From Dicyema japonicum (lineage: Eukaryota > Animalia > Dicyemida), in NCBI GenBank assembly GCA_011109175.1, contig RDEW01000011.1, forward strand, positions 1,107,389 to 1,171,388: a DNA stretch of 64,000 nt, read 5' to 3'. The notes below the pieces were generated by a model. It saw only the letters and a program-made list of their open reading frames with translations. It ran no database searches and was not told the DNA's origin. The stretch's first letter is position 1, and every line of letters begins with the position of its first letter. Of the stretch, positions 38,330 to 51,599 are shown one piece after another. Both the position numbers and the translations under genes were made by a program.

Positions 38330-39330
38330 TGGCCGATCAGTCAGGAAGAGTCTTTTGTGTCGAAATCATCACAGATTAGAACATTATCTATGGTTAGAAA
38401 AAACAATAGGTTAATGACCAGATCCAGTAAATTACCATAGAATTTCAATCCAAATGTTTTCATGTCTTTTTCAAGTGTCATTAAATTTCAAGAGATCATC
38501 TTCAGAAAGGAAGTCTTTTAGTTTGTCGAGAATTAGAAATTGGATAATTTTTCTAACATTCTGACAAAATAAAGATAGTTTTCAGATAAAAGCAGTAATT
38601 AGTGAATATTAGAGTTTTTGAAAAAGTTGGTTTTCCATCCAATGAATTCTCCTCTTCTTGGGGTATTGGCCCTCTATATTCTCATCATCATTCCCTTCCT
38701 ATACCACAGGCGAAGACGAATCATCTGGCAGAACAATTAGTTCTCCTGTTCCTCTTCAAAGTCCCCTTCGAATTCAGACCCTTATCTGCGATATTATTGT
38801 GAATACTACGATCAAATGAATATCATCATATATGAAATTTCCCTAAGTTCATTAAATTTAGAAAAAATGTCCAAATAAGTAACATCATATTTAGCGGATT
38901 TTATTTCTGGATCAAGTTTAGAGTTTAACGCTTTGAGAAACTCTACTACATTGGTGAAGAGAGAGGAATATCCGCACAGTCGCCTTTAGACAACCATTTC
39001 ACTTCAGTGTGCATTAACAATCGTACATAACTGTCGAAAAACGAGAATTCAAAGATTTGTATTTGATTTTGTTTATAGTCGAAATAACTATTGAGAGAGT
39101 AGGCAACCATTTGTATATTTAACTCCCAAATGCTGCTTATGAATAAAACTATGAATAACCATAACATTAGGTGTTGCTTCACATTTTACTGTGATTTCTT
39201 AGACAAAAAATATTTACTGGATAACATTAAAGTATCATGCGGACATTTGCAGTGTTGTAATTTCGTCGAATCTATATTTTATTTTTTTGGTCTGTCAACA
39301 ACGGTACGTTTTATCTCGATGTCTTATTAC
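38330..39330 (-). mobile_element. Decayed hAT (Buster/Charlie/ZBED-type) transposase
   Basis: HSFIHKQHL (degenerate CxxH motif), LLMHTEVKWLSKG, TYLDIF and AFI*KLSLF match the LLxHTEVRWLSRG family signature; many stops. Confidence 0.75.
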
Positions 39331-39559
39331 TAAAAATCAATCCTATGTGTTCCCTATCTTACAATAACGAACACTATCATAGGATTCTAAAGTATAGATC
39401 TTAAAGTTGTATTATAAATTTAAGAGTTCACATTTCATGAATGAGTTTTAATCACAAATTCCCTAAGTTTTTTTAATAAACCAATTTTATTTAACTCAAA
39501 AAAACTAAGTCAACAACTGATGGATGCTCTCATAATTGAGAACGCATTTCCCCTAACGA

Positions 39560-42500
39560 TTTATAAAGATATGCGATGAGCGAGTCGATTCTGTTTAGCT
39601 GGGCCAGTGACCTGTTTCCTATAATTCCTGACGTTTCCACAGCGACTAGTTCAAAAATGAACTATCCACTAAGACATTCGTATTTCTTTAACTTTAGGGT
39701 CTCAGCCTTCTCCGAAGCAGAACCTGGGTTAGTTGCTGTCGTTGCAAGGTTGGAGAGAGAGGCTATCGACAGAGGTGGCGTCCCTGGCAAGGTATTTACT
39801 ATTCTCCCATAGGAAGAGAGTAGTTCCGTCCGGACTTCGATTGGCTTGAGCAAGTCCAAGCGGCTCCGATTGGACAGGAAATCCAGCAGCCTCAAGTGCC
39901 AAGGCAATAACTCCGTTAATTGCTACGTGTCTTGGAGTCCTTCCAGCACTCCTCCAGCAGGAAAAAGGGTGAAGACACTTCGCGTCGTTTATTCTTCCAC
40001 ATCTACAGCGATGAATCGTACAAAAATCTATTCCAAGGCAGACGGAAGCCCCAATCCTCGTCGAGTCATCATCCAATGGTGCCTAAAGTGAGGTAGATGG
40101 TTTGAGTAAGGCTACACTCTCGTTAGTCGGTGTACAAGCCAGACGATGCTAATAAAGCAAATGTTTTATCTCTTCTATGATCTTTGAGCATAAAAGCTTG
40201 TCCCATTCTCGTTGTTTATTAGCGTTCTTCGGGAATCCAACACCCAGTCGAGTCTAGACTTCCCGACCATGCATACCACTGGTTCAGCGTCCGATCCGTT
40301 AATGTAGCGTAGGATCTGGCGTGTGAGACCACTGGAAGCATATGTCGAAGATAGAAAGGCCGGGAGGGCATGTTCTAGTGGAGAACGTATTCCGATTCGT
40401 CCGTAGCGAAGAGGTAGTTTGCATTGGATCCAGCCAGTTTTATCAAAAAAAATGTTGAGCGTTTCTTAAACGGCAGTCCTTAGCTTCTCGTCGATGGCTC
40501 TTAAAAAGTTCATGTCCGTGAAACATGGGGCTGTCCGTAGAAGAAAAGGGAGTCGTGGCGTGGNGTATTCCGATTCCTCCGTAGCGAAGAGGTAGTTTGC
40601 ATTGAATCCAGTCAGTTTTATCAAAGGAAATGTTGAGCGTTTCTTAAACGGCAGTCCTTAGCTTCTCGTCGATGGCTCTTAAAAAGTTCATGTCCGTGAA
40701 ACATGAGGCTGTCCGTAGAAGAAAAGGGAGTCGTGGCATGGAAATTCCTGAGGAAGAACAAAGCCATCTTCAAGTCCAAGGTTTGTAAATTTAATGAGAA
40801 TTATTGGAGTAATGTATTTTTTTCCAGGAAAGCTGACACATTATTGCAGTGTAGGAGAGAGCCAATAAAAATTGCATTTTCAAGTTGGGTAAAATTGCAT
40901 TTCGGAGGCGAGCAGAAATAGCGGCCACTGCACGGCCGAAGTCTTCCTCAAGGTTTCTAAATTTAATGAGAATTATTGGAGTAATGTATTTTTTTCCAGG
41001 AAAGCTGACACATTATTGCAGTGTAGGAGAGAGCCAATAAAAATTGCATTTTCAAGTTGGGTAAAATTGCATTTCGGAGGCGAGCAGAAATAGCGGCCAC
41101 TGCACGGCCGAAGTCTTCCTCTCCGTAAACAAAGTTTATGATTTCACATTTATACGGGTTCTGTTCCAACCCAAGCGCCGCAAGTGCAAAGATGGCGGAC
41201 TCGATTTCTGCCACCACAAGTTCCCAATTACCTCCGACGGTCTAGGTACTATAGATTAAATGGAGTTCGCATCGCTAATGCTGCACACTCGATACCAAAT
41301 CAAAAAAGAGGGGGCCAAAGGGGTCACCTTGTTGAATTCCAGTGATGATGTGTTCCTCGAATATCAACGTACATGGGGAACCATATGCAAATTTCATCAT
41401 TCAATTGATTTCCTGGATTCTGGAAATGCTAGCTTCTATGATTCTATCTCTGCGAATTATATTGAAAGCATTGAGGATGTCCAGTTTGACTACTATAGCA
41501 TTCGTAGTGTCTGGCGGACTGGCAGCAAAGTTCCTGATTGAATGGATTGATGCATCGCATCCATGAGGAATTTCAACCCCAAGTTGAGTAGGGTTCAGTT
41601 GGGTACTTAGAGTCTTGCTCGCTGTTCTGGCGGCAATCTTTGTCGTCAGGTGCCTGAATATGTTGCCTATAGCGATGGGTTTTAACCCATCACAAGGCTT
41701 TTTCAGGGAAATCAGTTTGGATGCAAAAGGGAGTCCTCAGGCATAGTCGGAGAATCAGTCCAAAGAATTCGGTCTTTAAGGGTCTTTATTGAATTAATGA
41801 GGGAGTTTTCCATATCGGCGAATGTGGCAGAAATAAGGTCTTTCATATGGCTCGGACGTGCGCAATCCAAGCCAGCACTGCTGCTTCCTAGAAAATATGA
41901 AATAGCAGATCGCATATAATCTGTGGTGGCTGCCAAATGTGGAATGTTCCTCCCAATTTCTGTCTCGCGTAGATCCGAGGGGGCCGGTAGATGTTTTTGG
42001 ATAATGAGCTCGAGGGTTTCTTTAGTTGGTGAAAGAACTTTGTCATTGCTGGAGAGCTTACGCAGGGCTCCCCAAATGTCTCCGACTATTACCTTCTTAT
42101 TCACCTCTTTGCATATATCCTACTTGTCTTTCTTGACCCTGAACGATGAGGGCTAATTATCAGCAATTGAATGACTTCCCAGTGCAGTCGTCAAGTTAAC
42201 AGTTTCGTATTTAGAGGCATTTCTCTTGATGATTGAATTGAGGTTCCTTTCTTTCAACTCGGTTGGATGTGAACCGAGGAAAAAAGGTACAAAGCAGAAA
42301 ACCTGTATCCAGGCATCTTGAGTATTGTCATCGACTGCCCTGACAATTAGCTTTGAAAGACATGAGGCAGCTGTTAGACGTGCCAACCTTTGGATCCTGA
42401 GTGGGATAATCCTCTCCGACACAAGACGATTCAAAAGGTGTAGGCAGTCATCTGTGTTAGATAGGTCCAGGACAAATCCAGGGGATGCTCCCTCCTTCTG
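39560..42500 (-). mobile_element. CRE-clade non-LTR retrotransposon (RT + Zn knuckle + restriction-like endonuclease), decayed
   Basis: SSAGLDCARPSHMKDL; RT pieces; LGLEQNPYKCE; CRCG...HPFSC..AGRTPRH; EPLGL..RSPDG; DATSVD; VAVETSG; overlap at N 40564 and a 172-bp duplication at 40777/40949. Confidence 0.85.
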
Positions 42501-43539
42501 CCGTTATTTCCAAGAATACTGAATTTTCTTCTTGTTTGCTTTTCCAAAAATTAGACAGGGGAGAAAGGGAAACACGGTTTATTACGACCACGTTTAGCTC
42601 GATGTCGTTTGTTCTGGCAGTGAGGTTTACCATTTCAATTGAGTGTCAAAGCGGCCCTCAATTATTAACTTTATCTGAGTGATAATAATATTATTCTAAA
42701 ATTTATAGTACAACCGCAAAAATTCCTAATATTTCTGACTATATTATGTCACATAGGCAGCTTGAAGCCTATGGACTACCTGTTTTTTAACGTGTTTCCA
42801 TGGTAACCAGAAATATACTACATAATATAACTTTCATGTAACTATTATAAGAATAACATTTAACTAATTCATTAATTCTATATAAAAAATTAATTCTAAC
42901 TTTATTAAATGGCTACCTGATTTCTTTTAATTTTAACGGCATGGCTTTAGTGATTTTTTATTTAAGGAGTTTATCAGAGATCTTGTTGAATAAGAAAAAT
43001 TAAACAGATCTTATGTGGAATTGATCCTGAGGCAATAAGTACTCAAAAGAAACTGAGAGTATGTGAAAAGGTTTCACATTTTTCGTTTAGAAACGATAAG
43101 TTTTAAGTTTAATTCTGATTTAATTTAGACTTTTCTTTAAAGGAAAGACAGAAAAGTTGAAATCTGGTTGGAGTGGGACTAACTACACTAGTTGGTTAGA
43201 GGTGCCGAAGGTGGGAGTCGTTAAGCTCCTGTGCGGCATATGTACTCTTGCTACCTATGCCAAAGGAAGAGTTATCAAACGCGGAGAATTCCACTTGTTG
43301 CTACGATTCAGGAATGAGGACGAGGTCAATATTAAGGAACCTTTCGGGCCCGGGGCACATAACATGTCATGGGTCATTCCTAAGGCTTCGAATTTAATAG
43401 TGCTAGTCTTCGAAGTCTTTCTGGACTTCGTAGTCGAACACATCTAGAAGGACTCCACAAACGGGGGGAGGAGACTCCGGACCATGAAGGCCTGTCTTCG
43501 CTCTGGAGAAGAGTAGAGAGGATCTGTCTCGAGAAAGTA

Positions 43540-44290
43540 AGCATTGGTTACTAGGTTCGGTGTGGCCCTAGAGCAAACAACAACAATCCAGTGTTATAGC
43601 TGCTAAAGATTCGGCCACATCAGCCGATGCACTTATATGTTAATGGGAGGTTATATCTTAAAGACACAAGTGGAATCCACAAAATTGTCATCTCCTTCGA
43701 TAATCATGAAGAGATGGAATTAGTAGCTACGCAAATTAATCAATTGGGCAAAAGGGTTTTTTATATAATATTCATTTAGAAGCAACGTCGTTGAGTCAAC
43801 ATCTAGCGAAACTGTAACAATTACAAATATATCACACAATATTGTCGAAATACGAATGTCTGATGGAAATAAAAAAACACATATGAAAATACCAAAAAAT
43901 AATTAAGTGACCTATTTGACTTTTTTGGAGTTGTCATTGGTGGTGTTGGTCAGGAAAGGATTATCCTCAGGCTGGTCAGACGAGGGGAGCCAAAACTTTG
44001 ATCCGTCTTAGAGGTTAAAATAGTAGATTAGTTCCTTAAGAAGGTACATATAGGTTACTTTAGGTGGTGTGGCCCGAGAGCGATGCGTAGCAATCTAGTG
44101 CTACAGATTTCAGCTCCCCCTACACTTACAAAGAGAAGTGTCAAAATTGCGCGTACCACATTCGCGGAAGGCTTGTCAGACAAAATACTGGTATCTTAAG
44201 TGCGTGAATTGTGGCGGGGATAAACACAGGGAGAGTCATACAAGATTTCCCCTGTATCAGAAAGATCAGATAAGGTACTATAGGGGAGGC
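43540..44290 (+). mobile_element. Decayed gag-like ORF1 with CCHC zinc knuckles (LINE ORF1)
   Basis: QCYSC*RFGH at about 43590, and CQNCAYH and KCVNCGGDKH at 44140-44230. Confidence 0.55.
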
Positions 44291-44554
44291 GCCCTTCTTT
44301 GGAATGGCTTGTCCATAGGCATCAAGCCACCCATATGACATATTATTACGGCTGCCTATTTCACATCTTAATTATTCCTTATCCTCAATATTAACTGGTT
44401 AAATTTAACACTTTTGATACTTAAGTATTGATTTTAATTAGGAAATAGTTAAATGATCGTTTTTGTGTAACACGTGGTTGTATAAATGTACCACGTCGTA
44501 CAATATAAGTGATAAGAAGATAGAAATGAAAATATGGAAAATCATTAAATAAAC

Positions 44555-45096
44555 TCATTGTGTATTATCAAACATTAAATTGAGATCAGTGTCCACAAAG
44601 TGATCATTTATGGGCAAGTCACAGTTTCCCCACCAATTTGTTTGTAGGCTCTGTATATTGTGGTCCACGTGTTGTTGGTGGTTGTAGTATTCATTACTGT
44701 AGTGAAATGCACTTTCATGATAGGTGAACTGTGATTGGTCGTGTGGATAAGGAAGCAAACCAAAACTGCAGTTTGATGCGTACAATTTATTAACTTCCTG
44801 GTTATATTTGGCAAGTCTGATGGCCAAGTCTATTTTCTGTCCAACAGGATACAAACTCTTGCACATTAATTCATATCTTAATTCCTCAATTTTGTAGTTT
44901 TGCATTAAATAAGTCACAGAGTCCTCCAAATTACTGCCTACAAATTAACAATAATTTACTTATTTTATATTTGGGTTTCTTTGCCTTTTCTTGTGAGGGT
45001 ACATAATAGTATATTTTTGTATCCTAAATTCAAATTTGGTTTTACATGAAATTTTGTTGGAAAATAAATTGGTTTTGTCCTTTTGAGTTTCTTCAT
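44555..45096 (-). CDS. SAP-domain protein (about 165 aa from ATG 45096); upstream coding-like sequence carries stops
   Basis: YKIEELRYELMCKSLYPVGQKIDLAIRL fits the SAP motif; exons 45096-45046, 45023-44960 and 44937-44555 join in frame via two 22-nt GT-AG introns. Confidence 0.65.
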
Positions 45097-45429
45097 TGAT
45101 AATCAAATGGCTTCTCTGCCTTACTCTTCAGCCAATGAGATTTCCTCGTCATTTGTTATTATATGCTACTTTTGGCGTTATTAATTTCTAAATTTAAATC
45201 ACACTCAACATATTTTAGTTAGTTCCCATAAAAGTTTGTTTCCCAAGTAAATTTGAGAATGTAATTCAAAATCAGTTGTTACCCACCACCAAGGTTTTCA
45301 GTTATCTCCTAAAGAAGCATTTCAGCCTTTTCCAGGGAGCCCCAAATTTAAGGAAAATTTACTAAGACTCCCCCATGTTTTAATTTATTTTATATCGATA
45401 TTATATTCAAATGTATGGCATCGAGAAAT

Positions 45430-46020
45430 CTAAACGTCTAAACACACTCAGTGCGATCAATTGTTACGACGTAGAGGGTGGAAATCCTTGTGGACACTTC
45501 CATCATGACTGACCCTGAAATGCAGAACAATAAACTAGACATTTTTGTGTATTACAAAGTGAAGAATGATATTGTGATTATAGAAGTTGGAATCACCTCA
45601 CAAGAAGCAATCGAGCATACAGAGGTGGAAAAGTTACACAACTATGACTTACTCGCTAAAGAATAGAAGAGGTTCCTGTGAAAATTATCCCTTTGGTGAC
45701 ATGGGACGGGATTATCTCTACGTGCTACAGAAATCATTTGGAAGTTTTGTCGTGTACCAATAGAGCTTATATTCAATCGGTGATGTTAAAGAAAATATTA
45801 GAAAGTATTATTGTCGAGCACAAACATGGAGTCAACACTCCAATTGATGATATCCTTTTGCTCGCCGAAGCGACAGGAAAAGTGTGCGACTCATTACANG
45901 ATTCAACACTCCAATTGATGATATCCTTTTGCTCGCCGAAGCGACAGGAAAAGTGTGCGACTCATTACACTGGCAGAGTGGCGAATCCAATGTCCGAGGG
46001 GGAAGTGGAAGTCAGGTGAA
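45430..46020 (+). mobile_element. RLE-type (R2/R4/NeSL-like) retrotransposon C-terminal fragment
   Basis: NNKLDIFVY..IVIIEVGITSQ...EVEKLHNYDLLA..IIPLVTWDGII: PD-(D/E)xK endonuclease; overlap at N 45899. Confidence 0.75.
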
Positions 46021-46499
46021 GATCCTCGTAAAAAAGGATGCGTTAGTCTAATCATAACTTTCATTGTTAATTCTTAAAATAAATATTGGATTTATTTTAA
46101 GATAGAAAATCTGCTGCTGCTTCATTTTTACAAAAAAATGCCGGTAGATGCAATTGAGGGCTCATAATGTCCTCAACATTAACTAGTTTAATTTTAAATA
46201 TGAGAGATACGGCATTTTATCGTCGCATGCGGTCGGGAATGGAATTAACTTTTGAGTCTTTGGAACTAAGAGATGGGAAGTTCATTCCTAAAGTGCACAT
46301 AATTCAACAGGAATTCGTTCCTTGTTGTGACCAAATCTTCTCAAATTCCTAGATCATCAGTCTAAAAGTAACAATCAAGTATGCAATCCAGTTTTGAACT
46401 GAATAAGGGTCGGTAAACATCTTCAAACTGAACTGTAACTCTTAAAAGCAATTGAAGCGCTGCTTATAGTTTAGATGTTTTAAACAAGACAGAACGAAC

Positions 46500-48780
46500 A
46501 TGCGAAAAACTGCAAAAGAAGAGACTTTCAAAAATGCAACAAAGGGAATAAAAAAGTGGATGATCGACAGCACTGCTTGTTCTTGGGGTTTCCAAATCCC
46601 ATTTCCAGAAGACTAAATGCGACTGGAAGTACACTGATGTCACACCTAATACCCAAGCGAAAATTCCTAATTAGGATTCCAAGTGCTTCCCGTATTTCTG
46701 TTGCGACTGCCTATACGAATACAGTGATAAGACAGTCTCTTTAGTTGACATGAGGACTGATTACGATTATTTTGTTTCGCCTCATGCTCACTATGCATAC
46801 CCCATGGAAGAGGGGAAGAGGAGAAATCATTCAAATCCACAGTGAAGGAAAATATCCACTTATTTTTCTCTGGACATTATTGGTTGACTCCAAAATATAC
46901 ACACAGAGATCCAAAAACTGCAAAAAACAAACATTGATTGTCTCGTAGACATAAAGATTAAAAGTTCAAAACGCTGATAGCTTTCTGTAGGGGGAATCCC
47001 TGTTGCTGTGAAGATTCTTCCTGACGCGCCGTCTGGTCAGTGGTAGATGCGAGTGGAGTGACTCTTGGATCAATACATTCTGATTGGATGCGTTGGGACC
47101 TATCTTGACGACGATACTGTTGCATAGGTATCTCTAGAGATATGCCAGATTCACAAGTGCCGATGCGGTAGTACAATCGATTGTCATGAACATCATGTCT
47201 TTTCATACCGAAAATCGAGGCAAGATTCTCAAGACATAATTAGATAAACGGAATTGTTAAGCGTGCTCTGGAATCTGTTGGATACCCTTCCATTTTGGAA
47301 CCAGTCTGCCAGAGGAAACGGAAAAGCGTCTACAGAATTATATTTTTTTTGTTCGAAAAGGAAAAGCCATTTGTATGAATTTCCCAGTGCATAGACTCCT
47401 TTTATCACTCCAACATCATCGGGAACATGGTAGACAATATTGACGTTCCGGGTTGAGACAACTGTAGGAATAAACGGGAAATCGATTCATTTTTTCAAGA
47501 AGCTGTAACGTCTGGCGACACTCAGAAGCCACAACGTACGTGAGACCCAGTTACCCCTCCAGTCGATCGCCGTTGCCAAAATGATGATTGATTAATCTCA
47601 AGGTTGAATTGTTGTGGAAATCATTTATGTTTGACATTTTTCAGTGACTATGATTGAACACGTGCTTTAACTATAGACGAGGGATAAAGAGTAAAACGGA
47701 ATTTTGGTAAATAGAGATCCGAGTAAGAGTGACATATGCGCTATTTCGAGAATTCTCGAAGGGATGGTCCTCATTTGTATTCGAGATGACTTCCCAATAT
47801 CTGCCTTTCAACATGGGTTCTAAATTTATCATTCAATTTCCACTCACTTGACGACTCTCTCAATTTACTTCGACAAACTACATTTATGGCTCTTGTTCTT
47901 CCGGACATACCCGAATGAGGTACCCAAAAATCCCCACTGTCACCAGCACTGTTCAATTTGTAAACACGACATGCCACAACCCACAAACGAAAACTGTCTC
48001 CTTTCATGTGCCGACGATGTAGTAATTGCTGAAAAGGACATAGATTACCAAGTCTCCATTCAAATGGGTAATGGCATTTTCCACTCCTCTCTCCTGAAAA
48101 TGTCTTCAATCAAGGAAGCTTCTAAAAGAGTCATTGGATGCGAATTTGTGTCGTCTCATTTGGAAGCAGTTTTGATTGTTTTTTTGTGCAGAAAAGTGAC
48201 TGATAAGTTAGCTATCACAGGTTTGTTGTTAAAGAGACCAGTGGCATTGGCTTTATCAAAACCGATGAACCATAAATTATTATTACCACAGGATAGGTCA
48301 AAGACAAAGAAGTAAAACTTCTCAACTAAATAAGTGATCCCAGACCGACAAGGAAGAGGACGAGCCCGGCGAGGTCGAGAATCCTGTACCGTTCTCATCG
48401 GGAATAGCTTCGGATCAAACTGTGCATGATTGTAGATATTTTGATAGTGCATAGAACAGATGAATTATAGATTTTCAATTTGTGTTCTGGTCCAATTAAN
48501 GGCATTGGCTTTATCAAAACCGATGAACCATAAATTATTATTACCACAGGATAGGTCAAAGACAAAGAAGTAAAACTTCTCAACTAAATAAGTGATCCCA
48601 GACCGACAAGGGAGAGGACGAGCGAGGTCGAGAATCCTGTACCGTTCTCATCGAGAATAGCTTCGGATCAAACTGTGCATGATTGTAGATATTTTGATAG
48701 TGTATAGAACAGATGAATTATAGATTTTCAATTTGTGTTCTGGTCCAATTAACTTTATTGCAGTTTCCTGGATTGCAGGT
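46500..48780. mobile_element. Mosaic of short LINE and CRE fragments on both strands
   Basis: KRALESVGYPSILEP (CRE, about 47255), SCADDVVI (RT, about 48000), LINE 3' tail at 48280 duplicated across N 48500. Confidence 0.55.
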
Positions 48781-49467
48781 AGTTTCAATGACGAAAAGCG
48801 TGAAATCTGCATTGCCACGAAGGACTTGGATACGTCATCCTGGGTAGGATAAATTGTTAATAAACTATGGCAAAACTCCCAGTTTGGTCTTTAAGTGTTT
48901 TTGAAAGCACATTTAGGATTCTCATTTTCTTAAGAGAAGAACCACAAAGAGGTTAAGAGCGGAGATTATGTCGTTATATTCAATGTTTTGGTATTTATAG
49001 AAGATATCATTATTCATTCACTAATTTCAAAATATTCAAGTTTTCCTTCCCTATAGCACATCGATCTGATCCAAGAATTCTTTGAACAGATAAATAATCT
49101 CAGAAAAGTGAAGACCATGATTAGTGATGAAACCACGAGAAATAAATTTCTTAAATCAGATATTACTACTAACACTGTCATAGGAACAAAATGTCAAATA
49201 TACTAATTTCGACATGTGTCACACATAACTATCATCCGGTAGTTCACATGATAACGTTTGTAGATTGAATTCCAATTACTCTTGTGAATAGCGAGCCCCT
49301 AGAGATGAGATTATGATGGTAAGTAAGAGTAAGGGATGATTCGATAATCATTATTTAAAAAAGTTTAATATTAAAAAGTTTATTAAAAATAAATCAAATA
49401 TAAATTAATAATAAAATATTTAAAAATTAAATAACCTATTATCTGCTCAGGCTTTGTAATTATCAAA

Positions 49468-50787
49468 ATGGAAGATAATTCTGACCTATTTATGCCAGTA
49501 TACAAAGATGGAATTTTTCAATGTCCCTGGTCAACAGAACGCAGACCATCACTCTGGAAAGTTCTACAACATAGAATATTTAATAGACGACCAACCAATC
49601 CTTCAAAAAAGGTTATAGTACATTAATAATAATAGGAAGTAGAATCAGCCATTTTATGCAAAAACCCCCGAATTGTCGAAAGGTCATACGATATGCTAGT
49701 AACGTGGGTAGGTCATGCCTGTCTACTAGTTCAAATGGGAAATCTCAATATTATTACTGATCCAGTTTTTTCAGAATATTTAATAAACTGTCTGATTTCC
49801 CCAGTAAGAATGTGCAAAAGCGGACTGACCTTTCAGCAGCTTCCCTCTATTGATTTCGTCCTGATATCCCATAACCACTACGACCACCTGGACTACAATT
49901 CAATAATTTTATTAAAACAAAAATTTCCTTTTGCTGAATTTCTTGTTCCTCTCAAACTTTCGGAAACTTTGGTTGACAATTTTGGAATTAACAAAAATAA
50001 TGTTATTGAATTCTCGTGGTGGGACATAAAAAAATTGAACCCAAAAGTAAAAGTAGTGTTTGTCCCCGCACAACATTGGAGCAGAAGGGGAATCTTTGAT
50101 GAAAATAAAGTTTGATTATTCTCTAACTAAAGACCTTGTGGGGTGGCTGGTGTCTTATTGGGGATGATTCTATTGGTAATTTCTACTTTTCAGGAGACAC
50201 GGGGTATTTCCAAGAAATGTTTTGTATGATTAGGAAAAAATACGGACCGTTTGATGTTGCCGCAATCCCAATNAAAAAATTGAACCCAAAAGTCAAAGTA
50301 GTGTTTGTCCCCGCACAACATTGGAGCAGAAGGGGAATCTTTGATGAAAATAAAGTTTGATTATTCTCTAACTAAAGACCTTGTGGGGTGGCTGGTGTCT
50401 TATTGGGGATGATTCTATCGGTAATTTCTACTTTTCAGGAGACACGGGGTATTTCCAAGAAATGTTTTGTATGATTAGGAAAAAATACGGACCGTTTGAT
50501 GTTGCCGCAATCCCAATCGGGGCTTATGAACCGAGAAATTTATTAAAATTTGTCCATATGAACCCTGCTGATGCTCTCCAAGCTCACATGGATTTAGAAT
50601 CCAAACATTCCATAGCCATTCACTGGGGTACATTCGGTCTGGGATATGAGGTATCTGAGTTATCATTATCTAGGGGATTCTGACCCCTCAAGAACGTTTT
50701 GACTCATTGAATGATTCCGAAAAAAACTTTAAGTGTATAAAAGTAGGTCAAACTATTGATAAATTTGGAACAATTAAAAATACTTAA
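49468..50787 (+). CDS. NAPEPLD: N-acyl-phosphatidylethanolamine phospholipase D-like metallo-beta-lactamase, about 334 aa
   Basis: [65 protein letters not shown]. Introns 49612-49635 (24 nt), 50110-50132 (same intron as 50355-50377; 23 nt), 50651-50673 (23 nt). 50027-50272 is duplicated across N 50273. Confidence 0.92.
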
Positions 50788-51232
50788 TATTGATTTTTGA
50801 TTAATTTTTATTCCTTTTTATGTATTTTCATTATTTTAATGCGAAAGATCTCTCATTTGGGACTTAACTGTGTCAACTCGTTTACCGCTTTACGGTTTGT
50901 ATTTTCTGGCCATTCCAACTGGCGACTCTGATGAACACAAGATATTGAAGTACTCAGCTTTTGAGATCACCTCCGTTTCGTCCTAATCGCCTTAGAAACT
51001 GGAGAAGTTGAAAAATAGGGAAAATTTGGATAGAATAATCTGTCCGCAGACATTGTCTCAAAGACTATAGCATAATCTTTTAACTGCAGTAGCTTTGTCT
51101 GTCGTGCTTATAGCATAATGAATCCACTATAGTATGACTACAATTGGTCCACAGATACTTATTAAATAAATGGCATAGTGGTCAATTGGTCGGTTGAGTG
51201 GGTACATAGCATTGATGCACTATAGAGTAGTT

Positions 51233-51265
51233 CAGTGGTTCTCAACCTGGGTTCCGGGGAACCCC
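51233..51265 (+). mobile_element. Solo hAT/Charlie-type terminal inverted repeat
   Basis: CAGTGGTTCTCAACCTGGGTTCCGGGGAACCCC resembles Charlie/Buster termini; no partner found by eye. Confidence 0.4.
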
Positions 51266-51415
51266 ATACATCTACCAAAACAAAATGTAGAAATAAACTC
51301 TGATATGAGAATACAATTGTCAACAATAACTCCTAACGTTACACAGTATGATAAAAAGTTACCTCAATGTTCACATTAAAATTTTTTTGGTTATTACGTT
51401 TTAAGTGAATATTGA

Positions 51416-51585
51416 ATTGGTTAGGCTTGACTTGACGAGTGACGCTGTCATCAACGAAATTTTCACTGCGTAACCGAATTGTCCACAGAGGACATACACC
51501 CAACAAAAAGAAAAAGAAGTGGAGAAAATTCCTTTGTTTTCCCTTATCGATTAGTTATCATAACTGTTCTTTACTTAAATAAAGT
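51416..51585 (+). mobile_element. Diverged tRNA-derived SINE copy with internal deletion
   Basis: TGGTTAGG...TTGACGAGTGACGCTGTCATCA...TCACTGCG...AAGAAGTG...GATTAGTTATCATAACTGTTCTTT. Confidence 0.65.
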
Positions 51586-51599
51586 ACGTGTCCTGTCCA

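Noticed and set aside
43255-43443. LCAPGP as a third 2A motif
   Set aside because: Lacks DxExN and is not followed by an APE
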